Part shown: one piece after another, positions 45,219 through 62,772 of the stretch
Position numbering within the stretch: the first letter of the stretch is position 1
Layout of the letters: every line of letters begins with the position of its first letter
The notes under the pieces: model-generated
What the model saw: the letters and a program-made list of their open reading frames with translations, nothing else
Database searches by the model: none
What the model was told of the DNA's origin: nothing
Program-made: the position numbers and the translations under genes
DNA from: the human T2T-CHM13v2.0 reference genome, Homo sapiens
Reading direction: 5' to 3' (one strand)
Assembly (NCBI RefSeq): GCF_009914755.1
Contig: NC_060929.1
DNA length: 64,000 nucleotides

Positions 45219-45808
45219 TATGCAAAAAAAAAAAAAAAAAAGAGTAAATATAGGAGGCATGAGATTGCTATCCTTAAAAGACCTTGCATGCAAGGCTGGT
45301 CTTTGGCTGGCTTTGGGGAACTTTGATTTAGGAAGGGTTCCTGCCATTCACAAAATGATAAAGGTGGCTCATCGTGCCTACCTGATCTGTCTTTATAAAC
45401 AATATGGTTTATGCTAAACACCTGCTTCCCTCTAGGAGTCTAAAATTCTGGTATATACTAGATAGAGGGTGCCTACATGATCAGCCCCAGTAAAAATCTT
45501 GGGCGCTCAGTCTCTAGGGACCTTCCCTAGTGGACACTTCACATATATTATCACAAGTATTTTCTGAAGGAATTAAGTACATCCCGTGTTACTCCACTAA
45601 GAAGGGACTCTTCTAAGCTTGCATCTGGTTTCCTCCAGACTTTCCCTTATAAGCTATTTCTCTTTTCCTCTCGTTTTCCCCTTTGTTCTTTTTTTTGCTT
45701 AATAAAGTTTCACTATAATAAATCACAGTGTGTATAACTATCTTCTGAGTTCTGTGAGTCCTTCTAGCAAATCACTGAATCAGGGTGATCTTGGAGACCC
45801 TTGACACA
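45219..45808 (+). mobile_element. MER68-like ERVL solo LTR
   Basis: gagattgctatcctt...tgcaaggctggtctttggctggc; acaatatggtttatgctaaacacctgc; ends tcttggagacccttgacaca. Confidence 0.75.
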
Positions 45809-46047
45809 AGCTGTTACTATATTTTGTCTCATTTACATTAAATGTATGACTATTTCATCCTTCGTACAAGTAAACTAGTATGAGTGTATATTAAATTTTC
45901 TCATTTATGATTAGGGTTGTTTGAGGTTCTTTGTGTGCAAAATGGCAAACAAAAAAGAAAGATTTTACCATAACAACTAAGCCAAATTTAGAAAAGAAGT
46001 TAAATAGGGTATCAGTGTGTACACGTGGGGAAAAAACTACCGCTTGG

Positions 46048-46524
<477 letters not shown>

Positions 46525-46575
46525 CTATCTTAGTGCAAAACATCTTGGTCGTTAAAGCTTGATGAAAGATAAATA

Positions 46576-46843
46576 TTATTTTTTGAGACAGGATCTCATT
46601 CTGTTGCCCAGGCTGGAGTGCAGTGGCACAATCACAGTTCACTGCAGTCTCAACATCCAGGGGCTCAAATGATTCTCCCACCTCAGCCTCCCAAAGTGCT
46701 GGGATTACAAGTGTATGCCACCATGCCTAGCTAATTTTAAAAAAAATTATAGAGATGAGGTCTCACTATGTTGCCTAGGCTGATCTTGAACTCCTGGGCC
46801 TCCCAAAGTGCTGGGATTACAGGCATGAGCCACCATGCCTGGC
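46576..46843 (-). mobile_element. Alu (AluJ-like, internally deleted)
   Basis: gagacaggatctcattctg...ccatgcctggc; flanks tgaaagataaatatt / tgaaagacaattatt. Confidence 0.92.
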
Positions 46844-47383
46844 TGAAAGACAATTATTGACATCCTATAACATGCACCAGACACTTTATATACATTATCT
46901 TATATATAAAGATGTAGATCACAATGGTTCTAGTAGGGAGATATTATTTTCCTACCTAGGATACAAACTCAGAAAGTAACTTACCCAAAGTTACTACTAA
47001 ATTGTAGAGATGGTACCTGAACCTAGGTCTTTATGATTTTAAAGCATATGTTCTTGCCAGTAGTCCATACTGCCTCAGTATGGGGCAGAGGTTATGACAA
47101 TTCAGCCAAGATGTTCAGACTATCTTTTTTTTTTCTATTTCCCATATATATATAATATATCTATACAACCAGGTTGGAAACTTAAGGAAGGTAACTTTAT
47201 CTCTATGTATATTTGATAAAAGAGCTAGATGAATGTTAAGCACACACTGTGTGAGTGCTCAGTAAATACTTGTTCATCAAACTCAACTTTCTCATGAAAC
47301 AGCTATAGAGTCACCAAATTTTCAAAAACTTATAAATAAATGAGATACGCTTTTTGGAGAAAGACTTTTTTAAAAATGTTAAT

Positions 47384-47690
47384 GGGCCCGTGCAGTGGTC
47401 CATACCTATAATTCCAGCACTTTGGGAGGCTGAGGCAGGTGGAACTCCTGAGCCCAAGAGTTGGAGACCAGCCTGGGTAACGTGATAAAACCCTTTCTTT
47501 ACAAAAAATACAAAAATTAGCTGAGCATGTTGGCACATGCCTGTAGTCTCAGCTACTCAGGAGGCTGAGGTGGAAAAAACTCCTTGAGCCCAGGAGGTAG
47601 AGGCTGCAGTGAGCTGTGACTGTGCCACTGCACTCAGTCTGGGCAAAAGAGTCAGACCCTATCTCAAAAACAAACAAACAAAAAACAAAC
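47384..47690 (+). mobile_element. Alu (AluJ-like)
   Basis: ctgagcccaagagttggagaccagcctggg; gaggctgcagtgagctgtga; (caaa)n tail. Confidence 0.92.
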
Positions 47691-48277
47691 CAATTAATGA
47701 CAAGCTGCCTGGAAACTTTCCAACGTACTTACTAGAAACAAACAAAAACAAAATGAAGGTCACGTATCAAAAAGTCAGGACTTCAAAAAATATCAAACTA
47801 ACATGGGCAACTAATAAATTAAAAGAGCTTTAAGGTTAAAAGACATATTTTGAGACATGACAGTTCTGACTACAAAAGATAAACAGTGAAATCTATGAAG
47901 TACAGCATGAGAGGTTCAAACTGGAAATTAGATAAAACAAAAGACAAAGCTCTTACCAAGAGACTTTAAAACCAATAATAAAAATTTCTTTAAATAAATC
48001 AAAAACAGGAAGTCAGATTATTGCTTCTCCACTTAATCTTGGTAAAAATAAATGCTCTTTTCACCCAAAAAGTATGCAGTGAAAATATTTTTTTAAAAAT
48101 CACAATTTGTATAGTTTTACATTTTTCCGAAATTGTTTATATACAATATCTCATCTGAGTCAGCAACTCTATAAGATGAGTGAAGATCTTAAAATGTCTT
48201 TTTAAAATGAATAAAAAAGGTTTAGCTAGATATGTGGTTTATTCTAGATGAATCAATAATAAAAGAAGAGCTAACAC

Positions 48278-48650
48278 TATATCTTGGTTCACTTTGTGTT
48301 GCCATAACAGAACGCCAGAGACAGTATTTTATAAATAAAAGATATGTATTTTGGCTCATGGTTCTGGAGGCTGGAAAGTACAAAATTGAGAGGCTATATC
48401 TGGTGAGGGCCTCCTTGCTGCAACATAACATGGCAGACACCATCATATGGGTGAGAGAGCAAGAGGGTGAGAGAGGGAGAGAGAGAGAGAGAGATCAAAC
48501 TCACAGCCCCCTTTATGATTAGCATTAATCCATTCATGAGGGTGGAGCTCTCATGATCTAAACACCTCCTCCCCATCTCCCAACACTGTTGCATTGAAGA
48601 TTAAGTTTCCAACACAAACTTTTTAGGGGATACATCAAATCATACCACAC
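48278..48650 (-). mobile_element. MST-family MaLR solo LTR
   Basis: ttggctcatggttctggaggctggaaagt...attaatccattcatgagggtggagctctcatg...attaagtttccaaca. Confidence 0.85.
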
Positions 48651-50411
48651 CAGGACCTATATTTTTCTACTTCTGAAAAATGGAGTTTCCTTTCCCCATC
48701 AATGAGTTCAAACTGTCTCGCTCATAAGTTACCTTAGAGATGTCTGAAGTGGGGAGGGGTGTGTTGGAAAGTAAAATTATGAGATTCTAGTCATAGATTT
48801 AAAAAAAAAATTATAAGGAAGAAAACCAAAGTGGGAATTGTGGACCTTTCAAATCAAATGTGAACCAAGTAAGTAACATATGCAACACAGTTTAATAGTA
48901 TGATTATATATTGAGGAGTCTGTTCAAATGCTTTCCAAGTAAGAGGTAGAAGGCTGGAAACAGCATCACCCTCAAGCTTACCACAACAACAAAAAGGCAG
49001 CTTATGTAAAAAATCCCACATTTTCTTTAACTCTATCAAAGAGCTCATCAAGGACAAGCAGGACATGAGCACTTGATTATCTGAAGCAGATGCTAGATTG
49101 AATACAAACTGGTAGGAACTCCACTAAAATTGTTAACAAACTGAAACTAGCATGAGAATACAAAACCCCTGAGAGCCAGAAATGCAGGGGGAATGCTCGT
49201 CCATTCACAGGCTGTTTTCCACATACCTCACAAGGTGCTCACAAGAAAAACTGTTGGACAACAAGAGACTGGAGAGCCTCCCTCATGGAGATGACAAATA
49301 GCTACTTTGAGAAAAGTACAAAGCTCTGTTGGGTCCCCTCTCCCCTGAGAAGCAAGAAACCTGAAACCACTAAAGGAAGAGCAAAAAGCCTCGTAGCTCT
49401 AAAGGTAATATAGGTTAAGATCCATTACAGCTGTGGGAAAACAGTAGAATAACCTCCAGCCCTGGGGAAGAAGTAGGAAAACATTCTAAACCAGGACGTC
49501 CCCTAACTCTGGGATAGGACAGTATTACTAAGAATGTGACACCCCTGAGACGCAGGGAAACAATCCCTGCCTAAGACTGAGGCTGAATCAGTGCAACAGA
49601 GAATGTTGTGTCCTATGCTACCAGGCTGGTAAGCATCAAGTAAAAAATAATGCATTCAGCTTCAGACAGAGGGGCAAGATAACTAAGACACCCTCTTCAG
49701 AAGCAAATCAAGAAGCCGGAGTTGAAGGCAGACCACAGATTGAGTAAAACCCTCTAGCAAACCAGCCTCCATCCTAAACACAAGATAATGCTAGAGAAAT
49801 CTGAAACCTGTGGTACACTGATATCAGAGCACAAACAAAACCCAAGCCCAGCTCAGCCCTTGACTAAATTTAACTGCTCTCCTCACACATTAAAGAACCG
49901 GAAAAAGAGGAGGCATGCCAATCACTAGGCATAAATAAAATTTACCTTAGTTCTACTGCTATATAGATGTTAATCTTTCAACCAAAAAGTACAAGACATA
50001 TCAAGAAAGAATGAAACAAAAACCACACACTGTCAACAGACAAACAAATACATATAAACACTGATACAACAAAGTTATTGGAACTATCAGATAGGAAGCT
50101 TAAAATATTTATGACTAATACATTAAAGATTCTAATAGAAAAGGTGGACCACAAGCATGAAAAAATGGGAAACTTCCACAGACAGAAACTGTGAGAGAAA
50201 ATAAAATGAAATGATAGAAATAAAAAATACAGTAATAAAGATGAAGACTGTCTTTGACAAACTCATTAGTAAACTCAACACAGTGAGGAAAACATCAGTG
50301 ACCCTGGAAATAGATTGAAAAAAAGTACTCAAACAGAAACACAGAGGAAAAAAAGTGGGAATTAAAAAAGAGAACAGATCATCCAAGAGTTACAGGACAA
50401 TAGCAAACAGC

Positions 50412-50903
50412 CTAACATAATATAAACAACAACAACAAAAGAAAGGACAGAGAGGAGGAGCCAAGATGGCCGAATAGGAACAGCTCCAGTCTATAGCTCC
50501 CAGTGTGAGCGACACAGAAAATGGGTGATTTCTGCATTTCCAACTGAGGTACCGGGTTCATCTCACTGGGGAGTGCCAGACAGTAGCTGCAGGACAGTGG
50601 GTGCAGCGCACTGTGCGCAAGCCGAAGCAGGGCGAGGCATCGCCTCACCTGGGAAGCGCAAGGGGTCAGGGAATTCCCTTTCCTAGTCAAAGAAAGGGGT
50701 GACAGACGGCACCTGGAAAATCGGGTCACTCCCACCCTAATACTGCGCTTTTCCAACAGGCTTAAAAAACAGCACACCAGGAGATTATATCCCGCACCTG
50801 GCTCGGAGGGTCCTACGCCCACAGAGTCTCGCTCATTGCTAGCACAGCAGTCCAAGATCAAACTGCAAGGCAGCAGCGAGGATGGGGGAGGGGCGCCTGC
50901 CAT
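50412..50903 (-). CDS. L1 ORF0-like antisense ORF, extended to 163 aa
   Basis: MAGAPPPSSLLPCSLILDCCASNERDSVGVGPSEPG matches the ORF0 N-terminus; frame stays open past the L1 5' end; translation unproven. Confidence 0.5.
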   Translation of the reverse strand: MAGAPPPSSLLPCSLILDCCASNERDSVGVGPSEPGAGYNLLVCCFLSLLEKRSIRVGVTRFSRCRLSPLSLTRKGNSLTPCASQVRRCLALLRLAHSALHPLSCSYCLALPSEMNPVPQLEMQKSPIFCVAHTGSYRLELFLFGHLGSSSLSFLLLLLFILC

Positions 50904-51485
50904 TGCCAAGTTAGTTGTTTGATTAGGTAAACAAAGCGGCTGGTAAGCTCAAACTGGGTGGAGCCCACCACAGCTCAAGGAGGCCTGCCTGCCTCTGTAG
51001 GCTCCACCTCTGGGGGCAGGGCACAGACAAACAAAAAGGCAGCAGTAACCTCTGCAGACTTAAATGTCCCTGTCTGACAGCTTTGAAGAGAGTAGTGGTT
51101 CTCCCAGCATGCAGCTTGAGATCTGAGAATGGGCAGACTGCCTCCTCAAGTGGGTCCCTGACCCCTGAGTAGCCTAAGTGGGAGGCACCCCCTAGTAGGG
51201 GCGGACTGACACCTTACACAGCCGGATACTCCTCTGAGACAAAACTTCCAGAGGAACCATCAGGCAGCAGCATTTGCGGTTCAACAATATACGCTGTTCT
51301 GCAGCCACCGCTGCTGGTACTCAGGCAAACAGGGTCTGGAGTGGACCTCTAGAAAACTCCAACAGACCTGCAGCTGATGGTCCTGTCTGTTAGAAGAAAA
51401 ACTAACAAACAGAAAGGACATCCACACCAAAGACCCATCTGTACGTCACCATCATCAAAGACCAAAGGTGGATACAACCACAAAG

Positions 51486-52502
51486 ATGGGGAAAAAACAG
51501 AGCAGAAAAACTGGAAACTCTAAAAATCAGAGCGCCTCTCCTCCTCCAAAGGAACGCAGCTCCTCACAAGCAACGGAACAAAGCTGGACGGAGAATGACT
51601 TTGACGAGTTGAGAGAAGAAGGCTTCAGACGATCAAACTACTCTGAGCTACAGGAGGAAATCTGAACCAATGGCAAAGAAGTTAAAAGCTTTGAAAAAAA
51701 ATCAGACGAATGGATAACTAGAATAACCAATGCAGAGAAGTCCTTAAAGGACCTGATGGAGATGAAAACCAAGGCACGAGAGCTACATGACAAATGCAGA
51801 AGCCTCAGTAGCCGATGCCATCAACTGGAAGAAAGGGTATCAGTGATGGAAGACAAAATGAATGAAATGAAGCAGGAAGAGAAGTTTAGAGAAAAAAGAA
51901 TAAAAAGAACCGAACAAAGCCTCCAAGAAATATGGGACTATGTGAAAAGACCAAATCTACGTCTGATTGGTGTACCTGAAAGTGAAGGGGAGAATGGAAC
52001 CAAGTTGGAAAACACTCTGCAGAATATTATCCAGGAAAACTTCCCCAATCTACCAAGGCAGGCCAACATTCAAATTCAGGAAATACAGAGAACGCCACAA
52101 AGATACTCCTTGAGAAGAGCAACTCCAAGACACATCACTGTCAGATTCACCAAAGTTGAAATGAAGGAAAAAATGTTAAGGGCAGCCAGAGAGAAAGGTT
52201 GGGTTACCCACAAAGGGAAGCCCATCAGACTAACAGCGGATCTCTCGGCAGAAACTCTACAAGCCAGAAGAGAGTGGGGACCAATACTCAACATTCTTAA
52301 AGAAAAGAATTTTCAATCCAGAATCTCATATCCAGCCAAACTAAGCTTCACAAGTGAAGGAGAAATAAAATCCTTTACAGACAAGCAAATACTGAGAGAT
52401 TTTGTCACCACCAGGCCTGCCCTAAAGGAACTCCTAAAGGAAGCACTAAACATGGAAAGGAACAACTGGTACCAGCCACTGCAAAAACTTGCCAAATTGT
52501 AA
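51486..52502 (+). pseudogene. L1 ORF1p with one nonsense codon (TGA 51663-51665)
   Basis: MGKKQSRKTGNSK...; ORF-track pieces 51468-51665 and 51756-52502 share a frame; 338 codons plus stop. Confidence 0.93.
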
Positions 52503-52565
52503 AGACCATCAAGGCTAGGAAGAAACTGCATCAACTAACGAGCAAAATAATCAGCTAACATCATA

Positions 52566-56405
<3,840 letters not shown>

Positions 56406-57199
56406 ACAATGAGAACACATGGACACAGGAAGGGGAACATCACAAACCAGGGACTGTTGTGGGGTGGGGGGAGGGGGAGGGATAGCATTAGGAGATATAC
56501 CTAATGCAAAATGACGAGTTAATGGGTGCAGCACACCAATATGGCACATGTATACATATGTAACAAACCTGCACGTTGTGCACATGTACCCTAAAACTTA
56601 AAGTATAATAATAAAATTAAAAAATAATAATAATAAAATAAATTTAAAAGAGGACAGAAAAAATACTTTAAAACATAATAGCTGAGAATTTTCCAAAATT
56701 AATAAAAGACGATAAACCACAGATCCAACTTACTCAGAAAATATCAAGCAAGGAACAAAATCACACCAAGATATTTCATATTAAAATCCCCCAAGACAAA
56801 AAGAAAATCTTGGTAGTCAGAAAATTTTTCAAAAAGACATATTACATACAGAGGAACAATGATAGGAATTACCACAAACTTCTTATAAAATTTGCCATAC
56901 AGAACACAATGGAGTGATACCTTTGAAGTACTAAAATAAACAAAAAGGCTAACTGAGAATTCTATACTCAGGGAAAGCACCTTTCAAAAATGCATAAGAA
57001 ATATAGAAGAATCAAATATCATGGAGAAGAGACAAGCCTTCCCTACTACACCCTGTCTGAATATCTGGACCAAAGAACCCATAAGCACAATAAATGATTA
57101 CTTTATATCATTACTGTTTGGGGATAATTCGTTATGCAAACATAAAGTAGAACAATGATCTATACACATCCTTACCTCTAGTTTTGCTTCCTCCAACCC

Positions 57200-58660
57200 A
57201 CCCTTCTTATTGATACTGGAGTGGATTTTTATAAAGCACAAATCTGATCATGTTGCTCCCTCTGTGCAGTCAAAATCCCTATCTGTTCCCATTTGCCCTG
57301 AAGGAAAATCAAAACTTCTTAATTGGGTCCTCAAATCCTCTCTGATCCAGGCTCTGCCTGTTCATCCAGTCTTATCTCACAGCATTCTCCCTCATACCTT
57401 TTGTTCTAGCCATGTCAAGCAGCAAGACAACCTTTAAAATGGCATACTTAGTCTTCATTCTATAATGGTTTATGATTTACCAAACCCAGATATGCTTCCC
57501 TCTGGGCTAGACCCCACTTTGATTCTTAATTTAAAAAAACTAATTCCTCTCCTGTGAAAAATGCAAAAAATCTGACTCTGCCTTTATTCTTTAGTGCAGT
57601 ATGAAGCAATAACCTAGTATTACCATCACTGCCTTTATAATTCTGGGAAAAGTAACAGTCTTAAATCATCTAAGGGCCCTGAACCCCACAGCAGAATTGG
57701 CATTTGGGGATGTATAGCAAAAGGACTACCTGATAAGTGAAACTGAGTCTCTGCCAGTGGGACCCCTGGGAAGGATGACGAATACTCAACCTCTTTTTTT
57801 CCCAGGCAAGAAATTGTAAGCTAAGGATGTTAACCAATCAGAATACTCACATATCATTAATTAAGAGTCAATGGTGAATCCAATTATATCATTCTTAGGC
57901 TCTTCAGCTCTGAAAAGAGCAAGTTTCTATTTTTCCCCTATTCTTTGATAAAAACATTTTTAACAAAAGAAACAAGCAATATTTTTAGCCCAAGGGAGCC
58001 TTTTCACAGAGATTTAAACAAATACTATATGTTTTATTATCTAGCTTCTGGGAGGAGCCACAGAATTCCTTGCAGCAATTTGCTTGGAAACAACAGACAG
58101 TAGTCACAGTCCGCTGATCCTAGAGAGAAAGAGGGAGAAACTGATTGAGATTGATTTTCCTTGGTAAAGTCTGAGGGTCTCAGGCTCAGGAAAGGATTTT
58201 ACCAAGGACACGTGCCTTTGCACACGCTGTTCCCTCTGTCTAAAACAGCGTTCTTTCACTCAACTGACTCCAAAACCTTCCTTCAAAATTCAGCTCTGAC
58301 ATCTCTGCTTTTTCAATAATCATTAAATATGTATCGAGGGCCCACTATATTCTGGCCGTTATAGCAGGTAGTGTGGATGCAGAGGGGAATGAGGCCTCAA
58401 TTTTTCTGCATTCATGAAGCTCAACAAATTCTGAACTCCTTCTAAGCTCCTCCTGGAAGACTTCCTTCACCTCTGCAGGCTAAATTTAATATTCACCCTC
58501 AACAAATGTTTCCACAATATGCTGTGTTTTTATGTTAGGGCACATTTTATTGTAATTACCTGTTGTCTCCCTTATTAGAGTCTTCTTAAAGTCTGGACTC
58601 TGTTTTATTTCTGTCTCTTTGACACCTAGGCTTGTGCCTGGCAATGCCAATAAATGTTAT
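57200..58660 (+). mobile_element. Patchy L2 remnants (~57200-57420 and ~58205-58660)
   Basis: aatctgatcatgttgctccc; gcctttgcacacgctgttccctctgtct; gtgcctggca...aataaatgtt. Confidence 0.6.
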
Positions 58661-58882
58661 TTTTTTAATTAAAGAAAAAGCAAATTTTTAAAAGACGGTG
58701 ATTAAGATGGTCTAACTGCCTTGTTAAATGTAACAGAAGATGTAGATTAAATGCTAGAAATAAGATAAATAATATGTAATAATAATTTATAGATATTTCT
58801 ACCTGTGGATCACAAATAATGCATACAACACCTAAAGCTTTACAAAGCTAAAGATCCTACATACATTTTAGTCAGAAAATAA

Positions 58883-59205
58883 GGCCGGGTGTGGTAGCTC
58901 ACGCCTGTAATCCCAGCACTTTGGGAGGCCAAGGCGGGCAGATCATGAGGTCAGGAGTTCGAGACCAGCCTGGCCAATACGGTGAAACCCTGTCTCTACT
59001 AAAAATACAAAAATTAGCTGGGCGTGGTGGTGCATGCCTGTAGTTCCAGCTAACCCAGGAGGCTGAGGCAGAAGAATCACTTGAACCCAGGAGGTGCAGG
59101 TTGCAGTAAGCCGAGATCACGCCACTGCACTCTAACCTGGGCAACAGAGCAAGACTCTGTCTCAAAAAAAAAAAAAAAAAAAACAAAAACCAGAAAGAAA
59201 AGAAA
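58883..59205 (+). mobile_element. Alu (AluS-like)
   Basis: Full dimer and A tail. Confidence 0.95.
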
Positions 59206-59889
59206 ATTCATACTAATGTTCCATAATAATTCTGGCGTTGTGATAAATAATTCAGAATCATAAGAAAAAAATGTAAAGAACTGAATACCTAAGATAAATG
59301 AAAACAGGGAAGGAGAAGCCAGAAATAATTTGATAACAAAAATTTTAAAATAAAAACCATCTAAAGGAAAAACACTAAATTCCTTGAAAGTGATTTTTAC
59401 CTATTTTTCTTACTATAGTAACAAAATAATAGAGTAGAATAAATATTCAAGTAATACAGAAAGGCAATTCTTTCCTTTAGAAATGCCTTCTTTATAACTT
59501 TTCAGATTTGGTTACCTTTGACTGAATATGCTGAACAATACAGAATAAAAATTTCATCATTTAGGGTATACTCTTACATACGAAAGCAAAAGGCGTTGCA
59601 CTATTACCCAATAGTGTAATTGACATGAAGTACTTATATCAGTGCTTTAAACCATCCTGAACAGCAGCGAAAAATAGTAAGCTTAATTAGTTTTTACCAG
59701 TATACTAGTTGTTTATTAACAGATAAATTCTCAATTTGGAAAAGTCAACCATTATACATCTCTAAATGGAAGGCTTTGTTGGTAATTTCCATGACTCAAT
59801 TTAATAACACATTCCTGTATATAACATACATTCCATTTTTTCTACGTGTATCTACATTTATAATGTGAGCTAACACTGTAATAAAAATC

Positions 59890-60242
59890 AATCAGGTAGG
59901 GGTTAGGAACAAGTTGGTAAGGCGGCTGTGAATATAAAAGAGCAACAGGAGGATCCTTGTGGTTCTATATCTTGACTCAGGTAGTGGATTTATAAACCTA
60001 CATATATGATAAAAATCACACAAAACTAAATACACACACACAAGTACAAGTAAAACTGGGAAAATGTGAATAAGATCAGTAGATTATATCGAGGTCAATA
60101 TCCTGGTACAGTTATTATACTGGAGTTTTGCAATATTTTACCATTGGGGGAACTAGGGAAAAGGTACATGAGATCTCTCTGTATTATTTCTTACAACTGC
60201 ATGTGAATCTACAATTATCTCAAAGTAAAAAGTTTAATAAAA
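59890..60242 (+). mobile_element. L1MD-like 3' end
   Basis: gatctctctgtattatttcttacaactgcatgtgaatctacaattatctcaaa. Confidence 0.8.
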
Positions 60243-60249
60243 CATGTCA

Positions 60250-62190
60250 ATCCGGCAGAATTTGCTCTGTGACCACAATAATTCACAACCATCCCAATAT
60301 AAAATATACTCACCCCCGTCCCCATAATCACCAAAGCATCTTCCTAATTACAGCATTAGTTCAAAGTCCAGGATCTAATCACCTAAATCAGGTGAAGATG
60401 CAAATAAAGTTCTTGGGTACTGCACGTGAAGTACCATTCCTCTCAATCTGAAGACCTGTGAACTAAAGACACAAATCATCTGCCTCCCACATATTCAAAA
60501 CACCTAGTTATTCAGGGACAAGACAATTGCAATAGATACTCCCTTTCAAAAAGGTGGCTGGTGCCTAGGAGGAGATAGGAAGCATGTCAATGTTACTAGT
60601 TTATAATAATTCTGATATCCAGAAGGACACATGTAACCAGTACCTTGATCAGAGCCCAGTCCTACTCAGTGAAAGTACCTCTCTGTGTTCTGGGCCCTGC
60701 TTGCTAGCCTCTTGTTTCCTCCATCTGAGTCATGCTTCCTTTTCCATAAAAAAAGTAGCCCATGTTTGCCACTGAGTTTCTCAGCTTGTTTTCTGCCTAC
60801 AGAAGTTCAGGGATCCAAGAGCCTCTTTTCAATGTGTGTTGTCTTGGTCCCTCTTAGTCCAGACTGATATAATTCTTTTAAAAATGTTATAGGTTTCTAC
60901 GCATCAATTTATAAATATAATTATTTTTAAAACTTTATAAGCTTCTATGCATCAATTTATAAATCCACTCACTCAGGCAGAAGTCCTTCTCTACCTTGGG
61001 CTCCCTGTGAGGCTGCTGTGGAATAAAGCCCTTAAGATTATTAGAAGCCCTTTTGTTTAACAGAGAGGAACTAGGAGGCATGACCTAAAGATACTTGGAT
61101 GGCCTTTTGTGTGTCTGAAAGGTTCTATGAGGCACCACCTCAAATCTTTGAGGACTTAACAAAGGTTTTATAGTTACACCTTAGTTTCATCTCTGCCCTG
61201 AGACCGCATTTTCCTAACTCTGGTCTGCATTTGACCTTTGCTCTGAGGCCCTTTTTTGCTTGAGAACCCTTTGTTTGAAAACAAGAATTCCGTTTTTAGC
61301 TCAGTTTTCTCTATCCATATATCATGAGACAGGGCTAAAAGAAACAGCTGACACTTTAGATATTCTGCCTGGTAATCTCCTTTGCCAATCCATAATTTCA
61401 TTAGTGGTCCACTGGTTCATTTTCTATTTTCCATGTTACCCTGGGTGATGGTTTTACAAAATTTGCTACCACTAGATAACAGAGATCTTCTTACTTCCGT
61501 ATCAAATAACACTGTGATTACTGTCTTTCAATCCCTCACCATCAGTCTCCATGAGTCCCTTCCAAGCTTCATGAACAGTCTTTCTACCCACCAGCTGGTC
61601 CCATGCACTTTAGGTTTTGTTACAGCAACACCCCACTTCCAATATTAAATTCTGTTATGATTACCTATTGCTGTGTAACAGACCATCCCAAACTTAGTGG
61701 TAGAAATAAATAACCTTTTATTATGCTCATGGGTTCTCCAGTTTAGGACTCTGGACAATGAATGGAGATAATAATGACTGTCTGCAGACTCCATAATGTC
61801 TGCTCATTTGTGAAGACGCAAACTGCCAGGGGTTTCTCCACTCAGGTGGCTAGTGCCTAGGCTCAGATGATTAGAAGGCTAGGCTCACATTACTGGAAGG
61901 CTTAAACTGTTTATTTGGGACTGGACTTACCACAGAATGGTGACATGGTTTTAAGACAGAGCATCCCAAGAAGGCACAGCCAGAAAGCATTCCAAGAGAC
62001 CAGGGAAGAAGCCTCAAGGCTTCTTCTGACCCAGCCTCAGAAGTTACATACCATCACTTCCACTCCATTCTATTACAAGCAAGTCATTAAGACCAGCCTA
62101 GATTCAATAGACTGGCATGATCACATTGCAGAAGAGCATGTTGCATGGCAGGTACTGTCACCATCTTTGGAAAAGGTAAAAAGTCACAAT
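60250..62190 (-). mobile_element. Old MLT1 MaLR internal region plus LTR (~61652-62190)
   Basis: ccccacttccaatattaaattc|tgtta..ctattgctgtgtaacagaccatcccaaacttagtgg junction; ends ccatctttggaaaa..tcaca. Confidence 0.7.
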
Positions 62191-62669
62191 GCATATGAAA
62201 ATACTGATCAGGCTCAAGGTAAAAACTGTTGAGGCTTAAACTAATGACAACTATTCTAAAGTGACAGTAATATATACCATAAAAAGAATGTACTAAAATC
62301 ATTTATTAAAAGATACTAGAAAATTATGACAACTATTCGTTATTAGGTTCACGTCTTACGATGAATTATCTGAATACTTATTGTGTTTTTACTAGTTAAA
62401 TTTTATAAAAAATAGTTCTATGGTCTCTATATTATACTATAATTTTGAAAAATACAATGAGCATATACAAATAAGGTTCTGAATGTCCTTCTGAATAGTT
62501 TAGTGTTTCTAAACAATTTACACAAACAAAATTTGAGCCTAATAAGAAAATATATGCAAACCATCATTGAAAATAATTGACCACATTGCACTGAGGGAAA
62601 AAATACATGTTATATTAAACGCTGTACTACTGACATTCCAAGAAGTATAACAGGGGAGCAGACTACTTA

Positions 62670-62772
62670 GAAAAATACAGGCAAGTGAAAAGAAAATGTT
62701 ATAAAGAAAATCATAAATAAAAATTCTATATTTACTATGCATTAAGGGGAAGTGGATCATTGTAAAGTTCTT
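62670..62772. mobile_element. Tigger2-like fragment
   Basis: aaaagaaaatgttataaagaaaatcataa...tatatttactatgcattaaggggaagtggatcat. Confidence 0.65.
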
